DNA of 27,475 nt from Hyphomicrobiaceae bacterium (GCA_035573595.1 DATMZP010000605.1:1-27475); one strand, 5' to 3'. Positions 1 through 9,172 are shown, counted from the stretch's first letter. Notes: generated by a model not told the origin, from the letters alone. Program-made: numbers and translations.

Positions 1-180
1 ACGCCCACGCCCGGCGGCCTCAGCTATGGCGCGGCGCTGGAGATCGTGCGGCGCGCGTGCAGGACGGGCAACGTGGTGGGGGCGGACCTGGTAGAGCTGG
101 CCCCCATCGAGGGCCTCCACGCCTGCGACTACACGGCCGCCGCCATCGCCTACAAGATGCTGTCCTGCGCGCTGGCCTGA
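1..180 (+). CDS. Agmatinase/arginase (ureohydrolase) family protein, C-terminal fragment (5'-truncated by the window edge)
   Basis: Frame 1 reads TPTPGGLSYGAALEIVRRACRTGNVVGADLVELAPIEGLHACDYTAAAIAYKMLSCALA* (TGA 178-180). TP.PGGL and G.D.VEL.P are typical ureohydrolase C-terminal motifs. Not in the ORF track. Confidence 0.8.
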   Translation, partial: TPTPGGLSYGAALEIVRRACRTGNVVGADLVELAPIEGLHACDYTAAAIAYKMLSCALA

Positions 181-192
181 GCGGTGCCCACC

Positions 193-219
193 GGTGTCAG
201 ACCCTCCGGGTCTGACACC
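193..219. repeat. REP-like palindrome, copy 1
   Basis: GGTGTCAGACCC-TCC-GGGTCTGACACC, a perfect 12-bp stem, between convergent genes. Confidence 0.85.
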
Positions 220-244
220 ATAGCTCCAGCGCCCGATGCGTAGT

Positions 245-271
245 GGTGTCAGACCCGGAGGGTCTGACACC
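245..271. repeat. REP-like palindrome, copy 2, inverted relative to copy 1 (BIME/REPIN-like doublet)
   Basis: GGTGTCAGACCC-GGA-GGGTCTGACACC, the exact reverse complement of 193-219. On the minus strand it is preceded by GTAGCCAC. Confidence 0.85.
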
Positions 272-275
272 GTGG

Positions 276-1523
276 CTACAGCGTCTTCTCCGCCAGCCGG
301 CGGAAGGCGTCGGGGACGGAGCGGGGCGCGCCCATCAGGGCGGCACCGTAGCCGACCGCCTCGCGGCCGAAGCGCCGGCGGATGGCGTCGACGGCGCAGT
401 CGGCCTTGAGGCGTGCGGCGCCCGTCGTGGAGCCGGGGCGGCGGGCCTCATCGGCAAGGCCCAGCGGCAGCTCCAGCTGTACGGTGGCGCGCTCGCCGAG
501 GTCCGACACCGAGATGGCCAGGAGCGAGATCGTCCTCTCCTCCGGATTGCTGGCGAGCGCATCACGCACCAGCTGCTCGGCGATCTCGGCGAGGCTCGAG
601 GTGGCGGCAACCGGCGCCGGCAGCGTGCGCGAGCGGGTGACCGAGCGCAGGTCGGCGAAGCGCACCCGCACCGTCACCGTGCGCCCGGGGCGGGACTTGG
701 CCCTGAGCCTGGCGCCCACCCTGTCGGCGAGGTCGCGCAGAGTGGGCTGGAAGACGCGCGCATCGGCCGGCTTGCGGCCCAGTGCCGACTGGGCGCCGGC
801 CGAGCGCGCCCGCCGCTGCGTCTCGATCTTGCGCGGGTCGCGGTTCCAGGCCAGCGCCATCAGCTTGCAGGCCAGCGCGCGGCCCAGCAGCCCCTCCAGC
901 CGGTGCGGCGGGGTCTCGGCCAGCTGCCCGACGGTGCGCACGCCGATCCCGGCCAGCCGCGCGCCGGCCACCGGGCCCACGCCCCACATCAGCCCCACCG
1001 GTTGCCTGTGCAGGAAAGCCAGCTCGCGCGCGGGATCGACGGCGACGAGGCCGTCCGGCTTGGCGGCCTGCGAGGCGATCTTGGCCAAGTGCTTGGTGCG
1101 GGCCACGCCCACCGAGATGGCGAGCCCTAGCTCCGTCCGCACGCGGCGGCGGACGGCCTCAGCGATCTCCGTCGGGGAGCCGAACAGGCGGGTGCAGCCT
1201 CTCACGTCCGCGAAGGCCTCGTCGATGGAGAGGCGCTCCACCAGCGGGGTGAAATCGGCCAGCACCTGCATGGCGGCGTCGCCGAGCCGCTGGTATTCGT
1301 CGAACCGGCCGGCGACGAAGCGCAGCCGAGGACACAGCTCGCGTGCCCGCCGCGCCGGCATGCCGCCGTGCACGCCGAAGGCCTTGGCCTCATAGGAGGC
1401 CGCCAGCACCACGCCTCCCCCGACGGCGATGGGCTTGCCGCGCAGCGATGGGTCGAGCAGCTGCTCGACCGAGGCATAGAAGGCGTCGAGGTCGGCGTGC
1501 AGGATGGTGGCCGCCGCTGCCAT
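276..1523 (-). CDS. dinB: DNA polymerase IV (Y-family)
   Basis: ILHADLDAFYASVEQ, AASYEAK.FGV, SIDEAF, KHLAKIAS..AKPDG and a C-terminal little-finger domain (TVTVRVRFAD). Start placed at ATG 1523 because GAGGAG lies 8 nt upstream; the ORF-track start is 1607. Confidence 0.95.
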   Translation of the reverse strand: MAAAATILHADLDAFYASVEQLLDPSLRGKPIAVGGGVVLAASYEAKAFGVHGGMPARRARELCPRLRFVAGRFDEYQRLGDAAMQVLADFTPLVERLSIDEAFADVRGCTRLFGSPTEIAEAVRRRVRTELGLAISVGVARTKHLAKIASQAAKPDGLVAVDPARELAFLHRQPVGLMWGVGPVAGARLAGIGVRTVGQLAETPPHRLEGLLGRALACKLMALAWNRDPRKIETQRRARSAGAQSALGRKPADARVFQPTLRDLADRVGARLRAKSRPGRTVTVRVRFADLRSVTRSRTLPAPVAATSSLAEIAEQLVRDALASNPEERTISLLAISVSDLGERATVQLELPLGLADEARRPGSTTGAARLKADCAVDAIRRRFGREAVGYGAALMGAPRSVPDAFRRLAEKTL

Positions 1524-1590
1524 GCCCGATGCTCCTCGAGCTTTCCGCGTTTCCGTCAAGAGCGCCCCCACGACTCGATGCGGCGGACTG

Positions 1591-1605
1591 GGACATAAAG
1601 AGAAC
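1591..1605 (-). promoter_or_regulatory. Probable alphaproteobacterial LexA (SOS) box upstream of dinB
   Basis: Minus strand reads GTTC-TCTTTAT-GTCC, one mismatch to GTTC-N7-GTTC. It lies about 70 nt upstream of the dinB start, just downstream of a TTGACA hexamer (1625-1620). Confidence 0.7.
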
Positions 1606-1796
1606 AAAACTCAGGCTTCTGTCAATGAGGTCCTGGCGGCACTGCCGGCCCTGCGCGGCAAGAACCTGGCGTGTCGCCTCCCCAGGCCCGGCAGCCCGAC
1701 AATTGCCACGCGCGTTGCTGCTGGAGCTGGCCAACGCAGAGTAGTGGGCGCCGCCGATGGGCTGGCGCTACGATGATGGCAAACCGGCCCGGCCGC

Positions 1797-1823
1797 GGTG
1801 TGAGACCCGGGGTGTCTGATACC
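1797..1823. repeat. Degenerate REP-like palindrome, copy 3
   Basis: GGTGTGAGACCC-GGG-GTGTCTGATACC, 4 mismatches to copy 2. Confidence 0.6.
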
Positions 1824-1872
1824 ACCGGGAACGCCTTCCACCGACGTTGCGTTGACCGAACAGGAGGAGCGA

Positions 1873-2271
1873 ATGCCCGCTGGAGCAATCGCAGCCGCGT
1901 GGCTGATCGCCCTGATCGGGGTCCTCGAATGGGCGCTCGCTCAGGGCAAGCCTGCGGATACGGATGATGGCCTGCTCGCCTTCAACAACGCGTGCCGCAC
2001 CTGCCACACGCTGAGGGAAGGCGACAATCGACTGGGGCCGAATCTCTACAAGATCGTCGGCCGCAGGGCCGGATCGGAGCCCAACTACGGCTATTCGAGC
2101 GCCATGAAAGGCGCCGACCTGGTGTGGGACAAAGCCACGCTCGACCGTTTCATCGCCGACCCCGACCAGGTCGTGCGCGGCCACAACATGAAGCCCTACG
2201 GCGGCATCGCCAAGGCCGAGGAGCGGGCGAAGATCATCGCCTACCTGGAGGCCGGCGGCGCAGGCAAATGA
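1873..2271 (+). CDS. Class I c-type cytochrome (cytochrome c2-like), periplasmic
   Basis: Signal peptide, heme motif CRTCH, GPNL..IVGR.AGS, YS.AM, W....LD.FI.DP and distal Met (HNMKPY). GGAGGAG RBS before ATG 1873. Confidence 0.92.
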   Translation: MPAGAIAAAWLIALIGVLEWALAQGKPADTDDGLLAFNNACRTCHTLREGDNRLGPNLYKIVGRRAGSEPNYGYSSAMKGADLVWDKATLDRFIADPDQVVRGHNMKPYGGIAKAEERAKIIAYLEAGGAGK

Positions 2272-2274
2272 GCC

Positions 2275-2301
2275 GGTGTCGGACCTGAAGGCTCTGACAC
2301 G
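2275..2301. repeat. Degenerate REP-like palindrome, copy 4
   Basis: GGTGTCGGACCT-GAA-GGCTCTGACACG between convergent cytochrome c and RND stops. Followed by CCCGCTAC (GTAG on the minus strand), as in copy 2. Confidence 0.65.
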
Positions 2302-2305
2302 CCCG

Positions 2306-5300
2306 CTACTCCGCCGCCGCCGGCAACGACCGCGCCTCCGCTCGCACCATGGCCATCGCTGGTGCCGCACCGGCAGCCGGCTCGACATCTTCCTCCGTCG
2401 GCCCCACGAAACGGCTGAACACGTGCCAGACCAGGCGGCCGATGTCGTCCATCACCGCGAACACTGCCGGCACGAACACCAGTGACAGCAGTGTCGAGGA
2501 TAGCAGGCCGCCGATCACGGCGATCGACATGGGGGCGCGGAACTCGCCGCCCGAATCGAGGCCGACGGCGGCGGGCAGCATGCCGGCGACCATGGCGATG
2601 GTGGTCATGACGATGGGCCGGGCGCGCTTGCGACCGGCATCGACGATGGCCTCGGTGCGGGGCGTGCCGCGGTGCATCGACTCGATGGCGAAATCGACCA
2701 GCATGATGGCGTTCTTGGTGACGATGCCCATCAGCATCAGGATGCCGATCACCACCGGCAGGCTGATCGACTGGCCGGCCACCGCCAGTGCCACGATGGC
2801 CCCGCCGATGGAGAGCGGGAGAGAGAACAGGATGGTTACGGGCTGCAGGAAGCTGCCGAACAGGAGCACCAGCACGGCGTAGACCATCATGATGCCGGCA
2901 CTCATGGCGGCGGCAAAGCCGGCGAACACCTCGCCCATGATCTCGGCGTCGCCGAACTGCTTGAGCTCCACGCCGGCGGGCAGGCTCTTGGCGGCGGGCA
3001 GCGCCAGCATGGCTCCCACCGCCTTGCCCAGCGGGGCGTTGCCGACCAGGTCGGCGCCCACCAGCACGCGGCGCGTGCGGTCGTAGCGGTCGATGGCGGT
3101 GGGCCCCTGGGCCAGCTCGAAGCGCGCGATGGCAGAGAGCGGCACCGTGGCGCCGGAGGTGGTCGCCACCTTGAGGGACTCCAGCACCTGCCGCTCAGCG
3201 CGGGCGCGCTCGTCGAGCTGCACCCGGATCGGAACCTGCCGGTCGCCCACGTCGAACTTGGCAAGATTGGCGCCCACGTCGCCGATGGTGGCGATGCGGA
3301 CGGCCTCGGCGATCGCCTCGGTGGAGACGCCGACGTCAGCGGCCACGTCGCCGACGGGCACCACGCGCAGCTCGGGCCGGTCGAGCTCGGCGGAGGACAC
3401 CACGTTGGCGATCAGCGGGATGCGCTTGGCCTGGCTCGTCATCTCGGCGGCCACGCGGTTGACCGCGGCGGCGTCGCGGCCCGAGACCACCAGCTGGATC
3501 TGCTGGCGGCCGTTGTCGAGCAGGAACCAGAAGCGGATGTCGGGCACCCGGGCCAGGCTCCTGCTGACCTCCTCCTTGATGGCGGCCTGCCCGAGCTTGC
3601 GCTCGGCCCTGGGCACCAGGTTGATGACGAGCGTGGCCTTGCGCACCTCGCCGCTGGCGCCCACGACGCCGCCCATCACGCGCCCGCCGTTCACGTAGAC
3701 GCTCTTCACGTCGGGGCGGGCGCCGATCTCGCGGGCGATGGCGCCGGTGACGGCCTGCGTGTCGTCCAGCCGCGAGCCCGGCGGCAGCTCGATGGCGAGC
3801 AGGGTGCGGCCGGTGTCCTCGGTCGGCAGGAAGCCCGAGGGCAGCAGGAAGAAGCTGCCGATGGAGGCCGCAAAGATGCCAAGCCCCAGCGCCACGGCGA
3901 TGTACTGGTGCCGCACCGACCAGCCTACGAGGCGGGTATAGGCCCGGAGCAGCCAGCCCTCCTTGTCGTGGTGGCCCTTGCTGCGCATGAAGTAGGCGGC
4001 CAGCAGCGGCGTGATCAGCCGGGCCACCAGCAGCGAGAAGAACACGGCAAAGGCCACCACCAGCCCGAACTGCTTGAAGTACTGTCCGGCGATGCCGCCC
4101 ATGAAGCTGACCGGCACGAATACGGCGATGATGGTGAGGGTGATGGCGATGACGGCGAGGCCGATCTCGTCGGCGGCCTCCAGCGCCGCGCGGTAGGCGC
4201 TCTTGCCCATCCCCATGTGCCGGACGATGTTCTCGATCTCGACGATGGCGTCATCGACCAGGATGCCGGTGACGATGGTGATGGCCAGCAGGCTGACGAG
4301 GTTCAGCGAGAACCCCGCCGCGTCGATGGCCCAGAACGCCGGGACGATCGACAAGGGCAGCGCGATGGCCGCGATCACAGTGGCGCGCAGATCGCGCAGG
4401 AACAGGAACACCACGATGATGGCGAGGACGGCGCCCTCGATCAGCGTCCGCATGGTCGCGTGGTAGGCATTCTGCGTGTAGCTCACCATCGTGTCGATCT
4501 CTTTGATCTCGACATCGGGGTGCGCCCGCCGCAGCTCCTCGACTTTTTTGGCCACGTCGGCGGCCACCACCACGTCGCTCGCACCCTTGGCGCGCGAGAT
4601 GGCGAATGCCACCACCGGCCGGCCAGCGAGCATCGCGAAGGTGCGCTGCTCGGCCGTGCTGTCGGCGACGCCGCCGAGCTGGTCGAGCCGCACTTTGCGA
4701 CCCCTGGGGAGAGTGATCGTGGTGGCGGCGAGGTCGGCCACCGACTGCTTGCCCGCGAGCGTGCGGATCGCCTGCTCCCGGCCGCCGATGTCGCCGCGCC
4801 CGCCGGCGAGGTCCACATACGTGGCCCTCAGCTGGCGGTTCACGTCGCCCGCCGTGATGCCGTAGGCCTGCAGGCGGTCCGGATCGAGCGCAATGCGGAT
4901 CTCGCGGTCCACGCCGCCCTGGCGCTCGATCTGCGACACGCCCTTCACCCCGCGCAGCGCCCGCATCACCACGTCGTCCACGAACCAGGACAGCTCCTCG
5001 GGCGTCATACCCGGTGCGCGGGCGGCGTAGGTGAGGATGGGCAGGCCCTCGACCTCCACCCGCGTGACGACAGGCTCGTCGATGGTACGCGGCAGCTCGG
5101 AGCGGACGCGGCCGATGGCGTCCTTCACGTCGTTGAGGGCGCGGTCCTGGTTCACCTCCAGGTGGAACTCCACGGTGGTGACCGACGAGCCCTCGGTGAT
5201 AGCCGAGGTCTGGTGCTTGACCCCGTTCACCCCGGCGATGGCGTCTTCGACCTTCTTAGTGATCTGCACCTCCAGCTCCGAGGGCGCCGCGCCGGCTTGG

Positions 5301-5455
5301 CTGACACGCACCTGCACGATTGGCACATCGACGTTGGGGAAGCGGGTGACGGCCAAATCGCCGAAGCTGAACCAGCCGAGCGCGATCAGCACCAGGAAAA
5401 GCACGAGCGACGGTACGGGCCGGCGAATCGACCAGGCGGAGATGTTCCAGTTCAT
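2306..5455 (-). CDS. RND efflux permease (AcrB/AcrD/AcrF family)
   Basis: About 1050 aa: MNWNISAWSIRRP, FPNVDVP, GILVDDAIVEIENI, GIVTKNAIMLVDF, RARPIVMTT, GGLLSSTLLSL. ATG 5455 overlaps the upstream stop (TGATG); GTG 5458 is an alternative start. Confidence 0.96.
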   Translation of the reverse strand: MNWNISAWSIRRPVPSLVLFLVLIALGWFSFGDLAVTRFPNVDVPIVQVRVSQAGAAPSELEVQITKKVEDAIAGVNGVKHQTSAITEGSSVTTVEFHLEVNQDRALNDVKDAIGRVRSELPRTIDEPVVTRVEVEGLPILTYAARAPGMTPEELSWFVDDVVMRALRGVKGVSQIERQGGVDREIRIALDPDRLQAYGITAGDVNRQLRATYVDLAGGRGDIGGREQAIRTLAGKQSVADLAATTITLPRGRKVRLDQLGGVADSTAEQRTFAMLAGRPVVAFAISRAKGASDVVVAADVAKKVEELRRAHPDVEIKEIDTMVSYTQNAYHATMRTLIEGAVLAIIVVFLFLRDLRATVIAAIALPLSIVPAFWAIDAAGFSLNLVSLLAITIVTGILVDDAIVEIENIVRHMGMGKSAYRAALEAADEIGLAVIAITLTIIAVFVPVSFMGGIAGQYFKQFGLVVAFAVFFSLLVARLITPLLAAYFMRSKGHHDKEGWLLRAYTRLVGWSVRHQYIAVALGLGIFAASIGSFFLLPSGFLPTEDTGRTLLAIELPPGSRLDDTQAVTGAIAREIGARPDVKSVYVNGGRVMGGVVGASGEVRKATLVINLVPRAERKLGQAAIKEEVSRSLARVPDIRFWFLLDNGRQQIQLVVSGRDAAAVNRVAAEMTSQAKRIPLIANVVSSAELDRPELRVVPVGDVAADVGVSTEAIAEAVRIATIGDVGANLAKFDVGDRQVPIRVQLDERARAERQVLESLKVATTSGATVPLSAIARFELAQGPTAIDRYDRTRRVLVGADLVGNAPLGKAVGAMLALPAAKSLPAGVELKQFGDAEIMGEVFAGFAAAMSAGIMMVYAVLVLLFGSFLQPVTILFSLPLSIGGAIVALAVAGQSISLPVVIGILMLMGIVTKNAIMLVDFAIESMHRGTPRTEAIVDAGRKRARPIVMTTIAMVAGMLPAAVGLDSGGEFRAPMSIAVIGGLLSSTLLSLVFVPAVFAVMDDIGRLVWHVFSRFVGPTEEDVEPAAGAAPAMAMVRAEARSLPAAAE

Positions 5456-6681
5456 CACTGCGTCTCCGTCTTGGCCGCAGTCGCGGCCGGCACCGGCCGG
5501 ACCGTATCGCCATCGCGCAGGAAGGTGCCGGCGCGGGCCACCACGAGGTCGCCGTCGGCGAGCCCGTCCCGCACCTCGACCAGGGCGCCGGCGGCGAGTC
5601 CTACCTTGATGGCACGGGTCTCCACGCGATTGCCGCGCACCACCTGCACCGTCGGCCCGCCGGGGCCGTAGAGGACGGCCGCCGCCGGCACGGCAAGGCC
5701 ACTCGATGTGGCGGTCTCGATATTGGCCCGGCCGAAGGCGCCCACCCGCAGGCCGGGGTTGTCGCCCAGGAAGATGCGGACGCGTCCGAGGCGGGTGCTC
5801 TTGTCCACCTCGGGGGAGACGAGGCGCACCGTGCCCGTCACCTCGCCGAGGCCGGCGACCTGCACCCGCGCCTTCTGGCCGATGCCGATGGCCGCGAGCC
5901 GGGTCTCCACCACCTCGGCGTCGAGCTCCACCTCGGCCTTGGCGACGATGCGGAACATCGGCTCGGCGGCGCCCGCGGCATAGCCGCCGACGCGGGCCAT
6001 GCGCCGGCTGACGATGCCGTCGGCCGGGGCCTTCACCTCCACGCGCCCGCGCCGCCAGGTCAGCTCGCGGCGCTGCGCTTCCACCTGCGCCCGATCGGCC
6101 TCGGCGACGCGCAGGCCGTCCTGGGCGGCGGCAAGCTGCGCGTCGGCGGTGCGGGCGGCCTGCTCGCGCTGGTCGAACACCGCCTCCGTCATATGGCCGG
6201 CCTCGCGCAGCGGCTTGGCCCGCTCGTAGGCGTTGCGGCTCTCGGCGAGGCGCGCCTCCGCCTGCACGATGGCCGATCTGGCCTGCGCGATGGCGGCCGT
6301 GGTGCGGGCGAGCGCGGCATCGTTCTGGGCCACCTGGGCGTCCAGGGTGTCGGCCACCAGCCGCGCCAGCACGTCGCCCTTGCTCACGCGCTGGCTCTCA
6401 TCGGCCAGCACCTCGGTAATGCGCAGGCCCTCCACCTCCGGCCCCACCAGGATCTCCTCGCGGGCCACGAGCGAGCCGGTCGCCAGCACCGTCTCGGTGA
6501 ACTCCGCCGGGGCGACGCGGGCAACCGTCACAACCGCCGCGAACAGGTCGACCCTGGCCAGCTCCTTGGCGGCCTCGCTGTCGGCGGGCCCCGTCGGCCG
6601 TGGCAGCGATCGCCCGACCATGGTGAGCGAGATCATTGCAAAAGCGAGCGCCAGAACGACGCCGATCAATATCCGTCTCAT
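5455..6681 (-). CDS. RND efflux periplasmic adaptor (membrane fusion protein)
   Basis: N-terminal TM, lipoyl half-motifs (V.KGDVLARL, VKAPADGIVSRR), coiled hairpin, VSPEVDKSTRLGRVRI. Translationally coupled to the permease. Confidence 0.94.
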   Translation of the reverse strand: MRRILIGVVLALAFAMISLTMVGRSLPRPTGPADSEAAKELARVDLFAAVVTVARVAPAEFTETVLATGSLVAREEILVGPEVEGLRITEVLADESQRVSKGDVLARLVADTLDAQVAQNDAALARTTAAIAQARSAIVQAEARLAESRNAYERAKPLREAGHMTEAVFDQREQAARTADAQLAAAQDGLRVAEADRAQVEAQRRELTWRRGRVEVKAPADGIVSRRMARVGGYAAGAAEPMFRIVAKAEVELDAEVVETRLAAIGIGQKARVQVAGLGEVTGTVRLVSPEVDKSTRLGRVRIFLGDNPGLRVGAFGRANIETATSSGLAVPAAAVLYGPGGPTVQVVRGNRVETRAIKVGLAAGALVEVRDGLADGDLVVARAGTFLRDGDTVRPVPAATAAKTETQ

Positions 6682-6715
6682 AATCGATCCCCACTTGACC
6701 TGCTTGTTGTCGCGC

Positions 6716-7324
6716 CTATCGGCTGGCCGGCAGCACCGGCTTGAGAAGCCCCTTCATCAGCTCCAGGGTGGCCGGCACCAGCGCCGTGCCGTCGAAAGCG
6801 GGGTCCACCGCGCGCCGCCAGAACATGCCGTCGGCGATGACGGAGAACAGCCGCACCACCACCGGAATCGGCAGGTCGGGGGCAATCCGCCCTTCGTCCT
6901 TCATGCGCTGGAAGAGCGTCTCGAAGCTCGACGAGATGAACTCGTCCACGCCCTGGTGGATCTCGGCGATGCGCGGGTTGCGCGTGGATTCGAGGCCGAT
7001 CTCGATGCACATCAGGTGGCTGGCCTTCGGCTCGCGCACGAAGTAGTGCTCGCCCAGCTCCCCGAGGGCCGCCAGGAAGTCCGGCGCCTCGGCGAGGCCC
7101 GCCAGGCGCTCGGCAAACTCGGCGCGGTCGCGCTCGCAGATGCCGGCGATCAGCGCCTCCTTGCTGTCGAAGTAGACGTAGAGCGCGCCGGGGCTTACCG
7201 CGGCCTCCCGGCAGATGTCCTGCATGGTGGTGCGGTGGAACCCAGTCCGGGCGAAGCACCGCTCCGCGGCGTTGAGGATGTGATCCTGCCTGGCCTGGTG
7301 GATGGCCGGCTTGAGCTTGGGCAT
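6716..7324 (-). CDS. TetR/AcrR family transcriptional regulator
   Basis: ILNAAERCFARTGFHRTTMQDICREAAVSPGALYVYFDSKEALI is a TetR HTH. First gene of the efflux operon. Confidence 0.95.
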   Translation of the reverse strand: MPKLKPAIHQARQDHILNAAERCFARTGFHRTTMQDICREAAVSPGALYVYFDSKEALIAGICERDRAEFAERLAGLAEAPDFLAALGELGEHYFVREPKASHLMCIEIGLESTRNPRIAEIHQGVDEFISSSFETLFQRMKDEGRIAPDLPIPVVVRLFSVIADGMFWRRAVDPAFDGTALVPATLELMKGLLKPVLPASR

Positions 7325-7547
7325 TCTGCTTCCTTCCGGCTCTTCCTGTTAGGCGCCCGTCGGATTTCCCTCTCGGCCGCCCTCGTCACCCCCTACGAGG
7401 GCGCGTCGGCCCCTCTGCCTTGCGGGCAGCCGCCGCTTCCCATCTTCTGCGGCCTACCGCCGGCCGGCCACGACGCGCTCCCCCGGACTCCCGACACTCC
7501 CAGGGAAACCCTGCCGAGGCATTCAGAACACCGCATCGCAGCAAAAA

Positions 7548-7568
7548 AAACGAACAACCGTTTTGTTT
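7548..7568. promoter_or_regulatory. Candidate TetR operator upstream of the efflux operon
   Basis: AT-rich imperfect inverted repeat AAACGAAC-AACC-GTTTTGTTT in a GC-rich background, just downstream of a minus-strand CATAAT near 7592-7587. Confidence 0.35.
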
Positions 7569-8102
7569 GAAGAGGGCGTGGCCAAATTATGGCGCCCCTA
7601 TGAAGCCCTATGTGAAAGGTGGCCTGCCCCTTGTCGTAGTTGCACCGCAACATCTCACAGTCCTCACGGGCCAGGTGCCGGCTCGATGCGCCCGGGACCC
7701 GGCGGGGCCCGGCGGGGGCTGCCGTCGCGGTCGGATAGCTGCCACACGAAGCTGACGCCAACCAACCGCGCGCCGCGTCGCGCCCCCCTCCGATGTGCAC
7801 CGCCCCCGGTTTCCGCCGCATCTCCCCAATGTAAAGTTTCGCAAAGCTGACGCTTCAGCGGGCGCCGATGAGGTGCAAGGCCGAGCCCGTTGGGGCAATT
7901 CGCAATGGCGATGAGGGTCAGCCTCACGGATGATGGCGGGCGAAGCGAGATGGAAGCCCGGAAGCCCATCGAGGCTTGCTGCACGGCGGGCGTCGCAATA
8001 GCCGTTCGCGATCTGAGGGCAGCCCTGCAAAGGCGGCCGGCTTCGCGTCGAGCCGCTTGGCGGCGGCCTTCTCTGCCACATTTGGCCGGCCGTTGTCTCA
8101 CC

Positions 8103-8321
8103 CTATCCGCCGGAGCCTCGGCTGCGCCGCTCGGTGGCATATGGCAGCACGAACATGTAGAGGCCGGTGAACAGGAGCAGGAAGAGCGGGAGCAGCGGCG
8201 AGTAGACGACCCAGGCGGGAGGCTCCCCCAGTCCCATGGCGACGAAGTTGGCGACGACGGCCGCCGTGAAGGCGATGGACAGCCAGCGGTGGATTTGCCG
8301 AACCCATGCGTTCCAGTGCAA
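8103..8321 (-). CDS. Small two-helix membrane protein, third gene of the ArsR-SRPBCC operon
   Basis: (M)HWNAWVRQIHRWLSIAFTAAVVANFVAMG...PLLPLFLLLFTGLYMFVLPY. TTG start at 8321 follows GAGGAGG. I recall similar small proteins after ArsR-SRPBCC pairs. Confidence 0.75.
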   Translation of the reverse strand: MHWNAWVRQIHRWLSIAFTAAVVANFVAMGLGEPPAWVVYSPLLPLFLLLFTGLYMFVLPYATERRSRGSGG

Positions 8322-8358
8322 CGGGACCTCCTCTGAAGACGAGCGAACGTGGCAGACT

Positions 8359-8790
8359 TCACTCTGTCCGCACCAGCACTTGCTCCAGGTTTGCAAAGAA
8401 CTGCCGCCACCCCGCGTTGGCTCCGCCGTAGGCCTGCTTCTGATCCGGCCGGAAGCCCGACTGCTCCATGCGCAGGTGGGTCCCCGTGCTCGTTGGGGTG
8501 AGAGTAAAGGTCACCACGCTCCTCAGATTGAAGGCCGCGTCGTCGTGCGTGAAATTCCAGGTGTAAGACAGCGTTTTGCTCGGCTCGACGGCGAGGACCT
8601 CGCAGTCCACCACGCCGCCCCAGTCACCGCGAAGATTGAAACGGTGCCCGACGACTGGCTCGAAGTTGTTCTTCATCAGCCACTCCTCGATCAGGTGCGG
8701 TTGCGTGAGCGCACGCCAGAGCTTTTCCGGCGGATGGGGCATCTCACGCTCGACAACGACGGAGCGCGTTTCGGTCGATGGTTGGTTCAT
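8359..8790 (-). CDS. SRPBCC/AHSA1 domain protein
   Basis: ERE.PHPPEKLWRALT.PHLIEEW, CEVLAVEP...LSYTW, VTFTLTPT..GTHLRMEQSGF, GW..F..NL. Confidence 0.92.
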   Translation of the reverse strand: MNQPSTETRSVVVEREMPHPPEKLWRALTQPHLIEEWLMKNNFEPVVGHRFNLRGDWGGVVDCEVLAVEPSKTLSYTWNFTHDDAAFNLRSVVTFTLTPTSTGTHLRMEQSGFRPDQKQAYGGANAGWRQFFANLEQVLVRTE

Positions 8791-9110
8791 TGGTCCATCC
8801 TCTTGAGCAGGTCTTCGAGGTCGTCGAACCGACTCTGCCAGAACCCGGCCATTTGCCTTGTCCAGTCGATCAGCGGGGCCAAGGCGCCGAGCTGTGCGCT
8901 ATAGTGCGTCTGCCGGCCCTGGTGGCGGTCGCGCACCAGGCCGGCCTGCTTCAGCACGCCCAGATGTTTTGAGACGGCCGGCTGTGAGATCCCGGCCCGG
9001 GCTGTCAGAGCCCCGACGGTCTGTTCTCCTTCGCGACACAACCGCTCGAAGATGGTCCGCCGGGTCGGGTCGGCGAGCGCTCTGAACAGCACATCGTGAG
9101 CATTCGGCAT
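8787..9110 (-). CDS. ArsR/SmtB family transcriptional regulator
   Basis: LFRALADPTRRTIFERL, ISQPAVSKHLGVLKQAGLV...GR. 4-bp overlap with the SRPBCC gene. Confidence 0.94.
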   Translation of the reverse strand: MPNAHDVLFRALADPTRRTIFERLCREGEQTVGALTARAGISQPAVSKHLGVLKQAGLVRDRHQGRQTHYSAQLGALAPLIDWTRQMAGFWQSRFDDLEDLLKRMDQ

Positions 9111-9119
9111 CGGGGATCG

Positions 9120-9172
9120 ATAACTCTCTGGTCATTGGCTGACGTATAACCATAGAGATATGAGTCAGTCAA
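9120..9172 (-). promoter_or_regulatory. Sigma70-type promoter with two candidate ArsR operators
   Basis: TTGACT (9172-9167), 18 nt, TATACG (9148-9143). Two imperfect ATAACC-N4-GGTTAT palindromes: ATAACTCTCTGGTCAT (9120-9135) and ATAACCATAGAGATAT (9146-9161). Confidence 0.6.

Noticed and set aside
2672-5671. 999-aa plus-strand ORF, and other long track ORFs such as 243-1130, 9305-10213, 11909-13252, 13415-14539, 17957-19768, 22580-23758 and 26441-27424
   Set aside because: They are antisense or off-frame shadows of well-supported genes, expected in high-GC DNA, and show no recognisable motifs.
7330-7560. Cobalamin or other known riboswitch in the tetR leader
   Set aside because: Isolated GGGAA and GGGAAG words are present but the conserved order and B12 box are not.
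7393-8100. ORFs 7393-7821, 7608-8081, 7664-8410 and 7890-8336 in the gap between operons
   Set aside because: Low-complexity Arg/Pro/Ala/Gly translations with no motifs; some overlap real genes or promoters, and RBS spacing is poor.
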